Shown piece after piece: positions 17,534-27,123 of a stretch of 64,000 bases of DNA. The notes beneath the pieces were generated by a model, which ran no database searches, was not told the origin of the DNA, and saw nothing but the letters and a program-made list of their open reading frames with translations. Both the position numbers and the translations under genes were made by a program. The number at the start of each line of letters is the position of its first letter. The first letter of the stretch is position 1. The stretch is from Verrucomicrobiota bacterium (GTDB lineage: Bacteria > Verrucomicrobiota > Verrucomicrobiia > Limisphaerales > Palsa-1400), in NCBI GenBank assembly GCA_049510745.1, contig JBEKYR010000011.1, positions 64,001 to 128,000 on the forward strand. The letters run 5' to 3'.

Positions 17534-20500
17534 TCAGGGGGAAACTGTCGTGGGGCGATTGCTGTCCGGGGCGGGATTTGAAACGGGCAACTCGAGTGTG
17601 AAGATGGCGCCCTGGCTGGGGCCGTCGCTGTGCGCCAGCAAGGCGCCGCCCAATTCGTGGGCGGCCAGCGCCCCGCTGTGCAACCCGAAGCCATGGCCGT
17701 TTTTGCGCGTGGTGAAGCCCATGTTGAAAATCTTGGTGAGATTTTCCTGGGGTATTCCGACGCCGGTGTCGATCACGGAAATCCGCACCCGTCCGTCCCC
17801 GTTGGTCACCCGCAACGTCAGCCTCTTCTCGTGTATCTCCGGCGGGTCGCAGGCGTACTTGGCGTTGTGGATGAGATTGACGAGAATTTGCAGCGCTTTA
17901 TGCTTGTCAATGGCCAGCGCCGGCAGGTTCGGGGCATAGTCGCGGCGAACCTCGATGCGATGGCGGGAAAGCGCGGCCGAGTTCAGGCGCAGGGCGTCCT
18001 CGACCAGTTCGGTGGGTTGGACAGTTTCCACATAACCGGCGACCTGCGCGTAGTTCTGCTGCATGGCGACGATGTTCTTGATGTGCTCGATGTTTTGTTC
18101 CAGCGAGGCGAGTTCGTCGCGAAAAAGGGTCTGTTCGCGCGCCAGGCGGTCGGCCAATTGCTCCAAGTAAACGGGAATCTGGCGGCCTTGCGGATCGCGC
18201 GTGACAAAATCGGCCAGGCCGGCTTCGTGCTCGCGCAGCAGGGCCGCCACCTTGGAAACATTTCCCGTCTTGGATTGCCTGACTTTCTGGGAGAGAATCG
18301 AAGTCGAGATGTTGACGCTGTTGAGGATGTTGCCCACATTGTGCAGGACGCCGGTGGCAACATCGGCCATGCCCGCCTGGCGCGAGGCCGCGATAAGGTG
18401 TTTTTGATTGGAACGGATGATTTCCGTTTGCCGGCGAACCTGGCGGCGCAGCAACCCCACCCACGTGAGGGCGGCCACGATGGCCACGCCCATGCCCCCC
18501 GCCACTTTGAGCGCGTCTTGCGCCGTCCAGGAGGGAGGCGCTTTCAACAGTTCCACCGCGCCGGGTTGGGAGAGCGTGAGGTGAAAGGCTTCCGCCCCGC
18601 GAGTGGGGCTGCCGTCGATCAGACAGACGCCTGCGAGGCGCAGCAAACTTCCCGGGGCCAGAGCAAAGGCCGCCTCGGCCTGTCTTGGGTCCAGGAGGGT
18701 TGCCGTGAAAATGACCGAGCCGTCCTGGAGAACCAATCTCGGTTCGAGCGAGCGGGCGACCTTTTGCAGAAGCACGGCCTGGAGTTTGACGGCGATGTTG
18801 TCGCAGGCGGCGGAGCGCAGAATTTCCTCGGCAGTCACAGTTTTGGGCGCCGGCAACACTCCGATTCCCGAGCGCCGGAAAACGGCGCCTTCCAGATGAG
18901 GCGACAGCTCCCCAAGGGCGGGGAATCCCACCGCATCGACCCTCTCCCCCACGTGAATTTCGTTGGTCTGTTCGGTCCGCACACGGATGCCGCCGGAGGA
19001 ATCCTGCAAGAGGAATCCTTGACCGGGCAGCAGCAGGGTCACAACGCCGTTGACCGCAATGCGCCGCCCGGCCCGGCCCGGGTTGAAAGTGGCGACCGAC
19101 CCAATAGGAATGACAGAGGCCGCGAAGGGGTCGGACAACGCCGCTTCCACCGTTTTTATTTGCAGAAGGTCAGGGGTAAAGATGGTGATGCCGCCCAACT
19201 GCCGCCGCAAATTGGCATCGGCCGCGCAGGCCCCGCAAACCGAGACGCGGGAATCCACCCATTGCACCGGAATGGGCTTGCCGTTCCAATTGGGCACGGT
19301 GACAGTGAATTTCTCCCTGTCCCCCCTCACCACCAGTCTGAGGTGGCCATCGTCCTCCTTGACGCGCTGGACGATGCCTTCGACTTGAACCCAACGCGCG
19401 TCCAGATGCCCATCGGCCAAGTCTTCCAAATCCACTGTGCGCGGTCGCGGGAGATTGGTGCTGGCAAGAATCGTGAATTTTGCGTTGAGCACGACCGGGG
19501 CAAAATTTCCCGGATCGGTTTGGCCGGTCAGTTCCACCAACTGGCCGGAATGAAGGCCGGCTTGGTCGGGCATGGCAAAAAGGGCGTCTGAATCGTCCTG
19601 GAAAAAGACAGAATGCCAGGCGGGGTCCGCATAGGTGACCACGCCGCGCAAGCGGACCGGGTAGCCGCGCGCGGCCTCCTCCGGGGTCAGTCTCCTGACA
19701 GCCGCGGCTGTGGTGATGGTTTCAAGTCCGTTGGTTGCCGGGGCTTTCAAAGAGGCTGCCGCGCGCACGGAGAGTCCATCCGCCGGCGGCGGGTTTGCCA
19801 TTCTGAAGTAGGCGCTTTCCAGCCTGACTCCATCGGCGCGTCGCGTGACAAATCCCCAAACATCCACGCGCTCGCCCAATTCAGTGGGAAGTATCTGCAC
19901 CACCTCGGCCCGAATCACTCCTGTCGGGTCTTTAACTGTCACGTCTTGGCCGGGGCGATAGTCCTCGATCCACCCGTTGAGGTGGACCATTTCATTGGTC
20001 CACAGCCCGAGTTCGCGGTGGAGAAGGGTGTCTATCGAGGAAACAGGCAGTTGCGTCAGCGGCGCGCGGGGCGGATGCACGGTGGTGAGGTCGTTTGTTC
20101 CAGGAACGATTATCGATTGCGTCTTGAGCCGGCCATCGGCCACCTGGCTCGTGTTGATGCCCCGGATTTGCACGCGGGCGCCCATCAACTCCGTGGCGTT
20201 GGGGCCGGGCGCGCCCATGACATAGGCCAGGCAGTTCTGGCCCGATTGGTGGAGGGCCAACTCCAGCCGCCCGCCGTTGGTGTCCGCCCCGTGGACTTCT
20301 CCTTCAACCTCGATCCACTCTCCTGCCGTGCCGGCCAGTTGGGTCAATTCGATGTGCCTGGGCGATGGCAGCGGTCTTTTTCCGAGCACCACCGCGTCGA
20401 GATTGGAAAGCACGGACCCGGTGCCGTCGAAGGCAATGACCCCCGTTATCTTCACGTAATCCCCCTGACGGAGCGGGGAGTGAAAAGTTTGAGTCGGGAG

Positions 20501-20809
20501 ATAACACGTGTTGTTCCCATCGCTGACGAACAACTGGTTCCATCCGGCGTCGTAAGACAGCACCACGCAATCACAGAGGAACGGTCTGCCCGCGGCGGCC
20601 CCGGTTTTGGGCAACCCGAAAAACTGCTCAAAATTCGTCACGACGTCTTCCGCGCGACCGGTTGCCGTTGCGGCCCAAATCAACCCTGCGGCGATCAAGG
20701 GCGCCGTCCACCCGGAGCAGATTGGACCGACACTTCGCCGGGTGCCGCATTCTGATGGCGACACCTCAAGCGCGGGCGGCGGATTGGCCGATTTAAGAAA
20801 CAAAATCAC
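17534..20809 (-). CDS. Sensor histidine kinase with a large extracytoplasmic region of repeated OB-fold-like units
   Basis: Repeated V.L.GVVT / QD..G / W..VEG.V units, one TM helix, ATGVLHNVGNILNS, NLIHNAK, GFTTRKNGHGFGL. Confidence 0.9.
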   Translation of the reverse strand: MILFLKSANPPPALEVSPSECGTRRSVGPICSGWTAPLIAAGLIWAATATGRAEDVVTNFEQFFGLPKTGAAAGRPFLCDCVVLSYDAGWNQLFVSDGNNTCYLPTQTFHSPLRQGDYVKITGVIAFDGTGSVLSNLDAVVLGKRPLPSPRHIELTQLAGTAGEWIEVEGEVHGADTNGGRLELALHQSGQNCLAYVMGAPGPNATELMGARVQIRGINTSQVADGRLKTQSIIVPGTNDLTTVHPPRAPLTQLPVSSIDTLLHRELGLWTNEMVHLNGWIEDYRPGQDVTVKDPTGVIRAEVVQILPTELGERVDVWGFVTRRADGVRLESAYFRMANPPPADGLSVRAAASLKAPATNGLETITTAAAVRRLTPEEAARGYPVRLRGVVTYADPAWHSVFFQDDSDALFAMPDQAGLHSGQLVELTGQTDPGNFAPVVLNAKFTILASTNLPRPRTVDLEDLADGHLDARWVQVEGIVQRVKEDDGHLRLVVRGDREKFTVTVPNWNGKPIPVQWVDSRVSVCGACAADANLRRQLGGITIFTPDLLQIKTVEAALSDPFAASVIPIGSVATFNPGRAGRRIAVNGVVTLLLPGQGFLLQDSSGGIRVRTEQTNEIHVGERVDAVGFPALGELSPHLEGAVFRRSGIGVLPAPKTVTAEEILRSAACDNIAVKLQAVLLQKVARSLEPRLVLQDGSVIFTATLLDPRQAEAAFALAPGSLLRLAGVCLIDGSPTRGAEAFHLTLSQPGAVELLKAPPSWTAQDALKVAGGMGVAIVAALTWVGLLRRQVRRQTEIIRSNQKHLIAASRQAGMADVATGVLHNVGNILNSVNISTSILSQKVRQSKTGNVSKVAALLREHEAGLADFVTRDPQGRQIPVYLEQLADRLAREQTLFRDELASLEQNIEHIKNIVAMQQNYAQVAGYVETVQPTELVEDALRLNSAALSRHRIEVRRDYAPNLPALAIDKHKALQILVNLIHNAKYACDPPEIHEKRLTLRVTNGDGRVRISVIDTGVGIPQENLTKIFNMGFTTRKNGHGFGLHSGALAAHELGGALLAHSDGPSQGAIFTLELPVSNPAPDSNRPTTVSP

Positions 20810-20912
20810 AATTATGTTCCATATCCCATATCGGCAGACCGGACTGTAAAGTTAAGCGGTCATTTCTCTGAACGCGCTGGCCAAGGCGCGCTCTTCCTGC
20901 TTCAATTCTCCC

Positions 20913-22229
20913 GTGAAAATTCTGGTCATCGGCTCCGGCGGGCGCGAGCACGCCTTGGTTTGGAAGCTGGCGCAATCGCCGCGTGCCACCCGTATTTGGT
21001 GCGCGCCGGGCAACGCCGGCATCGCCACCGAGCCGCTCTCTTCCAACGGGTCGCCGGCGCAATGCCTGGACCTGGCGGCGGAAAACCTCCCCGCTTTGCT
21101 CGCCTTTGCCAACGAAAACCGGGTCGATCTCACCGTCGTCGGGCCGGACAATCCGCTCGCCTTGGGCGTGGTCGATCTTTTTCAAAAGCACGGCCTGCGA
21201 ATCTGGGGGCCGAACCAGAAGGCGGCGCAATTTGAATCGTCCAAGGCCTTCTCCCAGGCGTTCATGGACAAACACGGCATTCCCACGGCGCGCTCGAAAA
21301 TCTTCAGCGAAGCGGGCGCGGCCAAACGCTTTGCCGCCGAACTGGGAGGCAAATGCGCCGTCAAGGCCGACGGCTTGGCGCTGGGCAAAGGCGTGCTGCT
21401 GTGCCGTTCGGCCGACGAAGCCTGCCGGGCCATCGACGATATGCTGGTCCACCAGAAATTCGGGGCGGCAGGACGGCAGATCGTCATTCAGGAGATGCTG
21501 GAGGGAATGGAAATCTCGCTGCACGCGCTGTGCGATGGCCGGACGGCGCGCCTTTTTCCCACCGCGCAGGACCACAAGCGCGCCGGCGAGAATGACACCG
21601 GCCCGAACACCGGCGGCATGGGCGCGTATGCGCCGACGCCGTTCCTGGACGAGGCGGGCATGGCGCAGGCGGCCGACCGGATTTTGTCGCCTTGGGGGAA
21701 GGGATGCCGCGAGGAAGGGATTGATTTTCGCGGCATCTTGTACCCCGGCGTCATGTTGACAAAGGACGGCCCCAAGGTCTTGGAGTTCAATGCCCGTTTT
21801 GGCGATCCGGAGGCGCAGGTTTATCTCATGTCCATGTCCAAGGACCTGCTCGATCTGCTGGAAATCTCCGTCCAGGGCGCCTTGGACAAGTTCACGACAA
21901 ACTTTGTCACGACGTATTTTCGCGGCGTGGCGGTCTGCGTCGTGATGGCTTCCGCGGGCTATCCGGGCGCTTACGCCAAAGGGAAGATCATCCGCGGCCT
22001 GGAGGAAGCGGGGCGGTTGCCGCAGACGAAAATTTTTCACGCCGGCACCGCGCGCGCCGGCGGCGAGTTCGTGACCAACGGGGGCCGCGTGCTGGGGGTG
22101 ACGGCGTTGGGCGCCACGGTGGCCGAGGCGCGGGCGCGGGCCTATCTGGCGGTGGGGAAAATTCAATTCGACGGCGCGCAATTTCGGCGCGATATTGGCG
22201 CCAAGGCTCTGAGCGCAGCCGAAAAGTGA
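20913..22229 (+). CDS. purD: Phosphoribosylamine--glycine ligase
   Basis: KILVIGSGGREHAL, APGNAG, KADGLALGKGV, QDHKR...GPNTGGMG, EFNARFGDPE, TNGGRVL. Confidence 0.98.
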   Translation: MKILVIGSGGREHALVWKLAQSPRATRIWCAPGNAGIATEPLSSNGSPAQCLDLAAENLPALLAFANENRVDLTVVGPDNPLALGVVDLFQKHGLRIWGPNQKAAQFESSKAFSQAFMDKHGIPTARSKIFSEAGAAKRFAAELGGKCAVKADGLALGKGVLLCRSADEACRAIDDMLVHQKFGAAGRQIVIQEMLEGMEISLHALCDGRTARLFPTAQDHKRAGENDTGPNTGGMGAYAPTPFLDEAGMAQAADRILSPWGKGCREEGIDFRGILYPGVMLTKDGPKVLEFNARFGDPEAQVYLMSMSKDLLDLLEISVQGALDKFTTNFVTTYFRGVAVCVVMASAGYPGAYAKGKIIRGLEEAGRLPQTKIFHAGTARAGGEFVTNGGRVLGVTALGATVAEARARAYLAVGKIQFDGAQFRRDIGAKALSAAEK

Positions 22230-23293
22230 ACCTCTTAAAAACGATGAACACGCGAAATCTGGTCTTGTGCCTTCTGCTGTCGGCGGCGTCCGCCCCGGCC
22301 GCGCCGGCGACTCCCGCACCGAAGTTTGAAGAAGTCTTCAAGGTGCTCAGCACCAATCTGGGCGGCGTCAGCCAGGAGGAATTGGAGCGCGCCGCCGTGC
22401 AGGGGTTGATCGGCCAACTCGGTCCGAGGGTCAGCTTGCTGGGCGCCCCCGCCTCCGGCTCGCCGGCGGCCCCGGACGCCGCTCCCCTGGCCGGGGCGCG
22501 TGTCTTTGACAACTGCTTTGCTTATGTGCGCGTGGCGGCTGTGGGGAGCAATTTGCCGGAGGCGTTTCGCGCCGCCTACCGCCAGATGACGGAGACCAAC
22601 AAGGAGAAAATCAAGGGGCTGGTGCTGGACCTCCGTTTTGCCGGCGGCGCCGATTACGAGGCGGCGGCGAAAGTGGCCGACTGTTTTCTCAATTCCGAGC
22701 GGCCGCTGCTGGAATGGCAAACCGGATCCGCCCACGCCACCAAAAAGGCCGACGCCATCCTGGCGCCCGTGGCCATCCTGGTCAATTCCCGGACGACGGG
22801 CGCGGCCGAGGCGCTGGCCGCCGTGCTGCGCGACGCCGACGTGGGACTGATCCTGGGCGCCACCACCGCCGGCCAGGCCAGCCTCTACAAGGATTTCCCG
22901 CTCAGCGACGGCGAACAGCTCCGCGTGGCGGTCGCGCCGGTGAGCCTGAGCGGCGGAAGGGTCCTGTCGCGTGGGGTGGTTCCGGACATTGCAATCGAGG
23001 CGAGTTTGGACGATGAACGGGCGCACCTGCAAGACCCGTACAAAGACCTCCACCCCGCGGAAAGCGCCAAAGCAGACCCCGCAACCAACCGCGTCGAGGA
23101 GCTGCGCCGCCGGTTCAACGAAGCGGAACTGGTGCGCGAGCACAAGGCGGGCGAGGATGCGGACACCGGGGACGCTGGCGCCGCGGCGGGGGCTTCGGCG
23201 GCGGGCGCGCCGGTGATGGTGGACCCCGTACTGGGGCGGGCGTTGGATTTGTTGAAGGGCCTGGCGGTCGTGCAACCCAACCGGCCAGGGTAA
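22226..23293 (+). CDS. S41 (CtpA/Prc-like) peptidase homologue, catalytic residues apparently substituted, no PDZ domain
   Basis: GLVLDLR, ILVN..T.GAAE, G..T.G, GVVPD, D..L.RA..LLK motifs; signal peptide. Confidence 0.8.
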   Translation: MNLLKTMNTRNLVLCLLLSAASAPAAPATPAPKFEEVFKVLSTNLGGVSQEELERAAVQGLIGQLGPRVSLLGAPASGSPAAPDAAPLAGARVFDNCFAYVRVAAVGSNLPEAFRAAYRQMTETNKEKIKGLVLDLRFAGGADYEAAAKVADCFLNSERPLLEWQTGSAHATKKADAILAPVAILVNSRTTGAAEALAAVLRDADVGLILGATTAGQASLYKDFPLSDGEQLRVAVAPVSLSGGRVLSRGVVPDIAIEASLDDERAHLQDPYKDLHPAESAKADPATNRVEELRRRFNEAELVREHKAGEDADTGDAGAAAGASAAGAPVMVDPVLGRALDLLKGLAVVQPNRPG

Positions 23294-23306
23294 GGGCGAT
23301 CCGGCG

Positions 23307-26300
23307 TCAGCCGTTCCTGCCGCAGCAATGTTTGTATTTTTTCTTGCTGCCGCAGGGGCACGGGTCGTTGCGCCCCACCTTCGGTCCGCTGCGAATCGGG
23401 CGCGGTTTGGACATGGCGGAACTGGCTTCCGTCACCATGTCGCTGGGCCGTTTGCCGTCGGCCTGGGCGGGGGGGGCGGGAGCGCCGGAGGGGGCGCCGC
23501 CAAAAGCATCGGCCGATTGGTGGATGGTGCGTTGCGGGACGCTGCGGATGAATTTGTCGAAGGCCATCATGCTGGAGGCGCTGCGGAAGATGTTGTGGCA
23601 GATTTCCGTTTTGATGTTGACCATCAGGTCTTCGAAGACCTTGAAGGCTTCGGCCTTGTATTCGATGAGCGGATCGCGCTGACCGTAGGCCCGCAAGCCG
23701 ATGCTCTCGCGCAGGGTGTCCATGCCGTAGAGGTGCTCCTGCCATAGCTCGTCCACCGCGCGGAGAATGGTGTAACGCTCGACGGATTTGAGGGCTTGAG
23801 GCTGCTCGAAGCTGATCTTCAACTCGTAGGCCTGGCGCACCGCCTGGCAGATAAACTGGCAGACGGCGAATTGCGGCGCGCTCAAACCGTCGAAGGCCGA
23901 GCCGGGCACGGGGGCTTGCTGGCCGGAGCGGGCCGCCTTGAGGATTTCCTCCTCCGGCACGCCCAGGGGAAAGTTCAGGTTGATCCAGTCGGCCAGGGGA
24001 CGGGCGTTCCATTCGGGGTGTTTGGCCATCTTGGCCTCGACGCCGGCTTGCGGGTTCCAGCCGGCCAGCGGACGCGCTTTCGAATCCGCCGTCTCGATGT
24101 CGGCGGGCGTCAATTCCCGCACCTTTTGGATGACGATCTCCTCCATGATGTCCATCAACCGGTCGCGGACGTCGTCGGAATTGATGACCTCGTCGCGGAA
24201 GCCGTAGATGACTTCGCGCTGCTTGTTCATGACGTCGTCGTATTCGAGGGTGCGTTTGCGGCGCTGGAAGTTGTGCTGCTCGACGCGTTTTTGGGCCGTC
24301 TCGATGGACTTGTTGAGCATGACATGCTGGAGTTCCTGGCCCTCCTCCAGGCCCATTTTTTCCATGTACTTGACGATCTTGTCCGAGCCGAAGAGGCGCA
24401 TCAGGTCGTCTTCGAGCGAGATGAAAAAGTGGGACGAGCCGGGGTCGCCCTGGCGGGCGCAGCGGCCGCGCAACTGGCGGTCGATGCGGCGGGATTCGTG
24501 GCGCTCGGTGCCGATGACGTGGAGGCCGCCCAAAGCGGCGATGCCCTCGCCCAATTTGATGTCGGTGCCGCGGCCGGCCATGTTGGTGGCGATGGTGACG
24601 GAGCCGCGCTGGCCGGCGCGGGAGACGATTTCGGCCTCCTGCTGGTGGAACTTGGCGTTGAGGACGGAATGAATGATGCCGATGCGCTTGAGCATGCGGG
24701 AGACGTGCTCGCTGGTTTCGACCGAGACGGTGCCGACGAGGATGGGCCGGCCCTGGTTGTGAATGGAGGTGATTTCGTTGATGACGGCGTTGAATTTTTC
24801 GCGTTTGGTCTTATAGACCGAATCGTTGGCGTCCTTGCGGGCGACCGGTTTGTTGGTGGGAATGACCAGCACGCCCAGCTTGTAAATGTCCAGGAATTCG
24901 GAGGCCTCGGTTTCGGCGGTGCCGGTCATGCCGGCGAGTTTTTTGTAAAGACGAAAATAGTTTTGGATGGTGATGGTGGCCAGGGTCTGGGTTTCGCGCT
25001 CGATTTCCACGCCCTCCTTGGCTTCGACCGCCTGGTGCAGGCCGTCGCTCCAGCGCCGCCCGTACATGGGCCGTCCGGTGTGCTCATCGACGATGACGAC
25101 CTTGCCGTTTTCGATGACGTAATGGACGTCCAGTTGATAGAGGCTGTAGGCCTTGAGCAGTTGGGAGATGGTGTGAATCTGGGCGGCCTTGGCCTCGAAG
25201 TCCGCCTGGACTTTGGCCTTCTCCTCCAGGCGCAGGCGGGCGTCGGCCTCGGGGCCGGTATCGATCTCGTGAAAGCGCACCGTCAAATCCGGCAGCACAA
25301 AGGCGTCCGGGTCCTCGGGGCGCATGTAGGAGCGGCCCTTTTCCGTCAAGTCGGCGTCATGGCTTTTTTCGTCCATGGCGTAGAAAAGTTCCTCCTTCTC
25401 GGCGTAGAGGGCCTTTTTGCTCTGGTCGGCGTGCAACTCCAGCTCCGCCTTGTTCATCATGCGTTTGTTTTCCGGGTCTTCCAGCAGCTTCATCAAGCCG
25501 GCCGAGCGGGGGTCGCCCATGTTGACGCGGTAAAGCAGCAGCCCGATTTCATTTTCCAGCGCCGGCGGGTTGGCGGGATTGGAGCCGTCTTCGGGACGCA
25601 GTTTCTTGAGGAGGGCTTCGGCTTCGGAAAGGAAGCGGGCGCACAATTTCTCCTGCGTCCGCACCAGGGCCTCGACGGCGGGCTTGAAGCGGTCGTACTG
25701 GTTGTCCACCGTCACGACCGAGGGGCCGCTGATGATCAGGGGGGTGCGGGCCTCGTCGATGAGGATGGAATCGACTTCATCGACGATGGCGAAGTAATGG
25801 CCGCGCTGGACCTGGTCTTCCTTGCGCAAGGCCATGCCGTTGTCGCGCAAATAATCGAAGCCGAACTCGGCGTTGGTGCCGTAAGTGATGTCGCAATCGT
25901 ATTGGGCGCGGCGCTCGGCGGGGGATTGATCGTGCAAGATGCAGCCGACGGTCAGGCCGAGAAACTTGTAAACCGCGCCCATCCATTCGCTGTCGCGGGC
26001 GGCCAGGTAATCGTTGACGGTGACGACATGGACGCCGCGGCCGGTGAGGGCGTTGAGATAGACGGGGAGGGTGGCGACCAGGGTTTTGCCTTCGCCGGTG
26101 GCCATTTCCGTGATTTTGCCATTGTGCAGGGCGAAGCCGCCGACGAGTTGGACATCAAAGGGGATCATTTCCCATTTCAAAACGTGGTCGCGCACGATGA
26201 TGTCCTGGCCGCAGAGGCGGCGGCAGGTGTTTTTGACGACGGCATAGGCCTCCGGCATAATCTCGTTGAGGCGGCGGGCCAGTTCGACGTTGTCCTTGAT

Positions 26301-26468
26301 CTGGGAGATTTCGGATTTCCAGGCGGCGGTTTTCTGGCGCAGCGCCTCGTCGGACAGGGAGGACAGGGGGGTTTCGAGGGCATTGATCTTGGCGACCCAT
26401 GGCCGGAGCTTGCGCACCTGTCGTTCGTTCTGCGAACCGACGATTTTTTTAATGATGTAATTAATCAT
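23307..26468 (-). CDS. secA: Preprotein translocase subunit SecA
   Basis: EMATGEGKT, VTVNDYLA.RD, DEVDSILIDEARTPLIISG, ATNMAGRGTDI, RQLRGR, C-terminal GRNDPCPCGS SEC-C motif. Confidence 0.99.
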   Translation of the reverse strand: MINYIIKKIVGSQNERQVRKLRPWVAKINALETPLSSLSDEALRQKTAAWKSEISQIKDNVELARRLNEIMPEAYAVVKNTCRRLCGQDIIVRDHVLKWEMIPFDVQLVGGFALHNGKITEMATGEGKTLVATLPVYLNALTGRGVHVVTVNDYLAARDSEWMGAVYKFLGLTVGCILHDQSPAERRAQYDCDITYGTNAEFGFDYLRDNGMALRKEDQVQRGHYFAIVDEVDSILIDEARTPLIISGPSVVTVDNQYDRFKPAVEALVRTQEKLCARFLSEAEALLKKLRPEDGSNPANPPALENEIGLLLYRVNMGDPRSAGLMKLLEDPENKRMMNKAELELHADQSKKALYAEKEELFYAMDEKSHDADLTEKGRSYMRPEDPDAFVLPDLTVRFHEIDTGPEADARLRLEEKAKVQADFEAKAAQIHTISQLLKAYSLYQLDVHYVIENGKVVIVDEHTGRPMYGRRWSDGLHQAVEAKEGVEIERETQTLATITIQNYFRLYKKLAGMTGTAETEASEFLDIYKLGVLVIPTNKPVARKDANDSVYKTKREKFNAVINEITSIHNQGRPILVGTVSVETSEHVSRMLKRIGIIHSVLNAKFHQQEAEIVSRAGQRGSVTIATNMAGRGTDIKLGEGIAALGGLHVIGTERHESRRIDRQLRGRCARQGDPGSSHFFISLEDDLMRLFGSDKIVKYMEKMGLEEGQELQHVMLNKSIETAQKRVEQHNFQRRKRTLEYDDVMNKQREVIYGFRDEVINSDDVRDRLMDIMEEIVIQKVRELTPADIETADSKARPLAGWNPQAGVEAKMAKHPEWNARPLADWINLNFPLGVPEEEILKAARSGQQAPVPGSAFDGLSAPQFAVCQFICQAVRQAYELKISFEQPQALKSVERYTILRAVDELWQEHLYGMDTLRESIGLRAYGQRDPLIEYKAEAFKVFEDLMVNIKTEICHNIFRSASSMMAFDKFIRSVPQRTIHQSADAFGGAPSGAPAPPAQADGKRPSDMVTEASSAMSKPRPIRSGPKVGRNDPCPCGSKKKYKHCCGRNG

Positions 26469-26648
26469 ACCAATCGAGCGCGACAAGTTACGGGAAATCG
26501 GGGGCAGCGTCAAAAGGATAAGGGCAAGGATGAAAGGCAGAAGGATGAAGGAAGAAGGAAGAAGACCCATTTCCTTTGGCACTTGTGAGGTTTTTCGTCA
26601 CTGGTCGGTGTCGTCGGATCCGGGTATTTTTTGGAATTTCATTTTTTG

Positions 26649-26716
26649 GCCCGATTTGGCCGGATTTACCCGGATTTGGCCGGATTTGTCCGGGTTTTCG
26701 GGTTCGTTTTCCGGGT
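26649..26716. repeat. Tandem ~10-bp repeat (CCGGATTT-NN)
   Basis: cccgatttgg ccggatttac ccggatttgg ccggatttgt ccgggttttc. Confidence 0.8.
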
Positions 26717-27086
26717 TGAATCCGGCATTTTTTGCCGCCTTTCGGGGTAGTTTCCGGTGCTGGCGGTGCATGAGAGCGGCATTTGAACGAGGCGAGGATT
26801 GAGTTTTTGCGTCAAGTCTGTCCCCTGCAAATGACGGCAAAGGTCGCGTACGAGGGCGAACGTCCAAGGTTGGACTGGCTTGATCGGGGAGCCAATGGGA
26901 CCAAGGCGACGAATGGCTGATCGGATCGGAGAGGTCTCCGAGCCACGGGCCGGTGTTGAGCGGGCCGCACTGAGCACTTTGCCTTTTGCATGTCTCATTC
27001 ATGCTGGCTCGATTAGAACACAGGTCCATCAAGTCGAAAAACCTACGGAAGGAAAGATTCTTAAAAAAAAAGAGGGTTTGACCGCA

Positions 27087-27112
27087 TCCTCCTTCGCAGA
27101 AGCTATGGAGGA
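27087..27112. repeat. Short REP-like palindrome just downstream of the STAND gene
   Basis: TCCTCC-TTCGCAGAAGCTAT-GGAGGA. Confidence 0.5.
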
Positions 27113-27123
27113 CGGGGAGAACA

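Noticed and set aside
26469..26582. Hydrophobic N-terminal extension of SecA in the ORF track
   Set aside because: It is the translation of a heptamer repeat tract; a TTGACG-17-TAACTT promoter and homology support the start at 26468.
26598..27032. 144-aa ORF with NPxKSG repeats
   Set aside because: Derives from the 10-bp tandem repeat; no other coding evidence.
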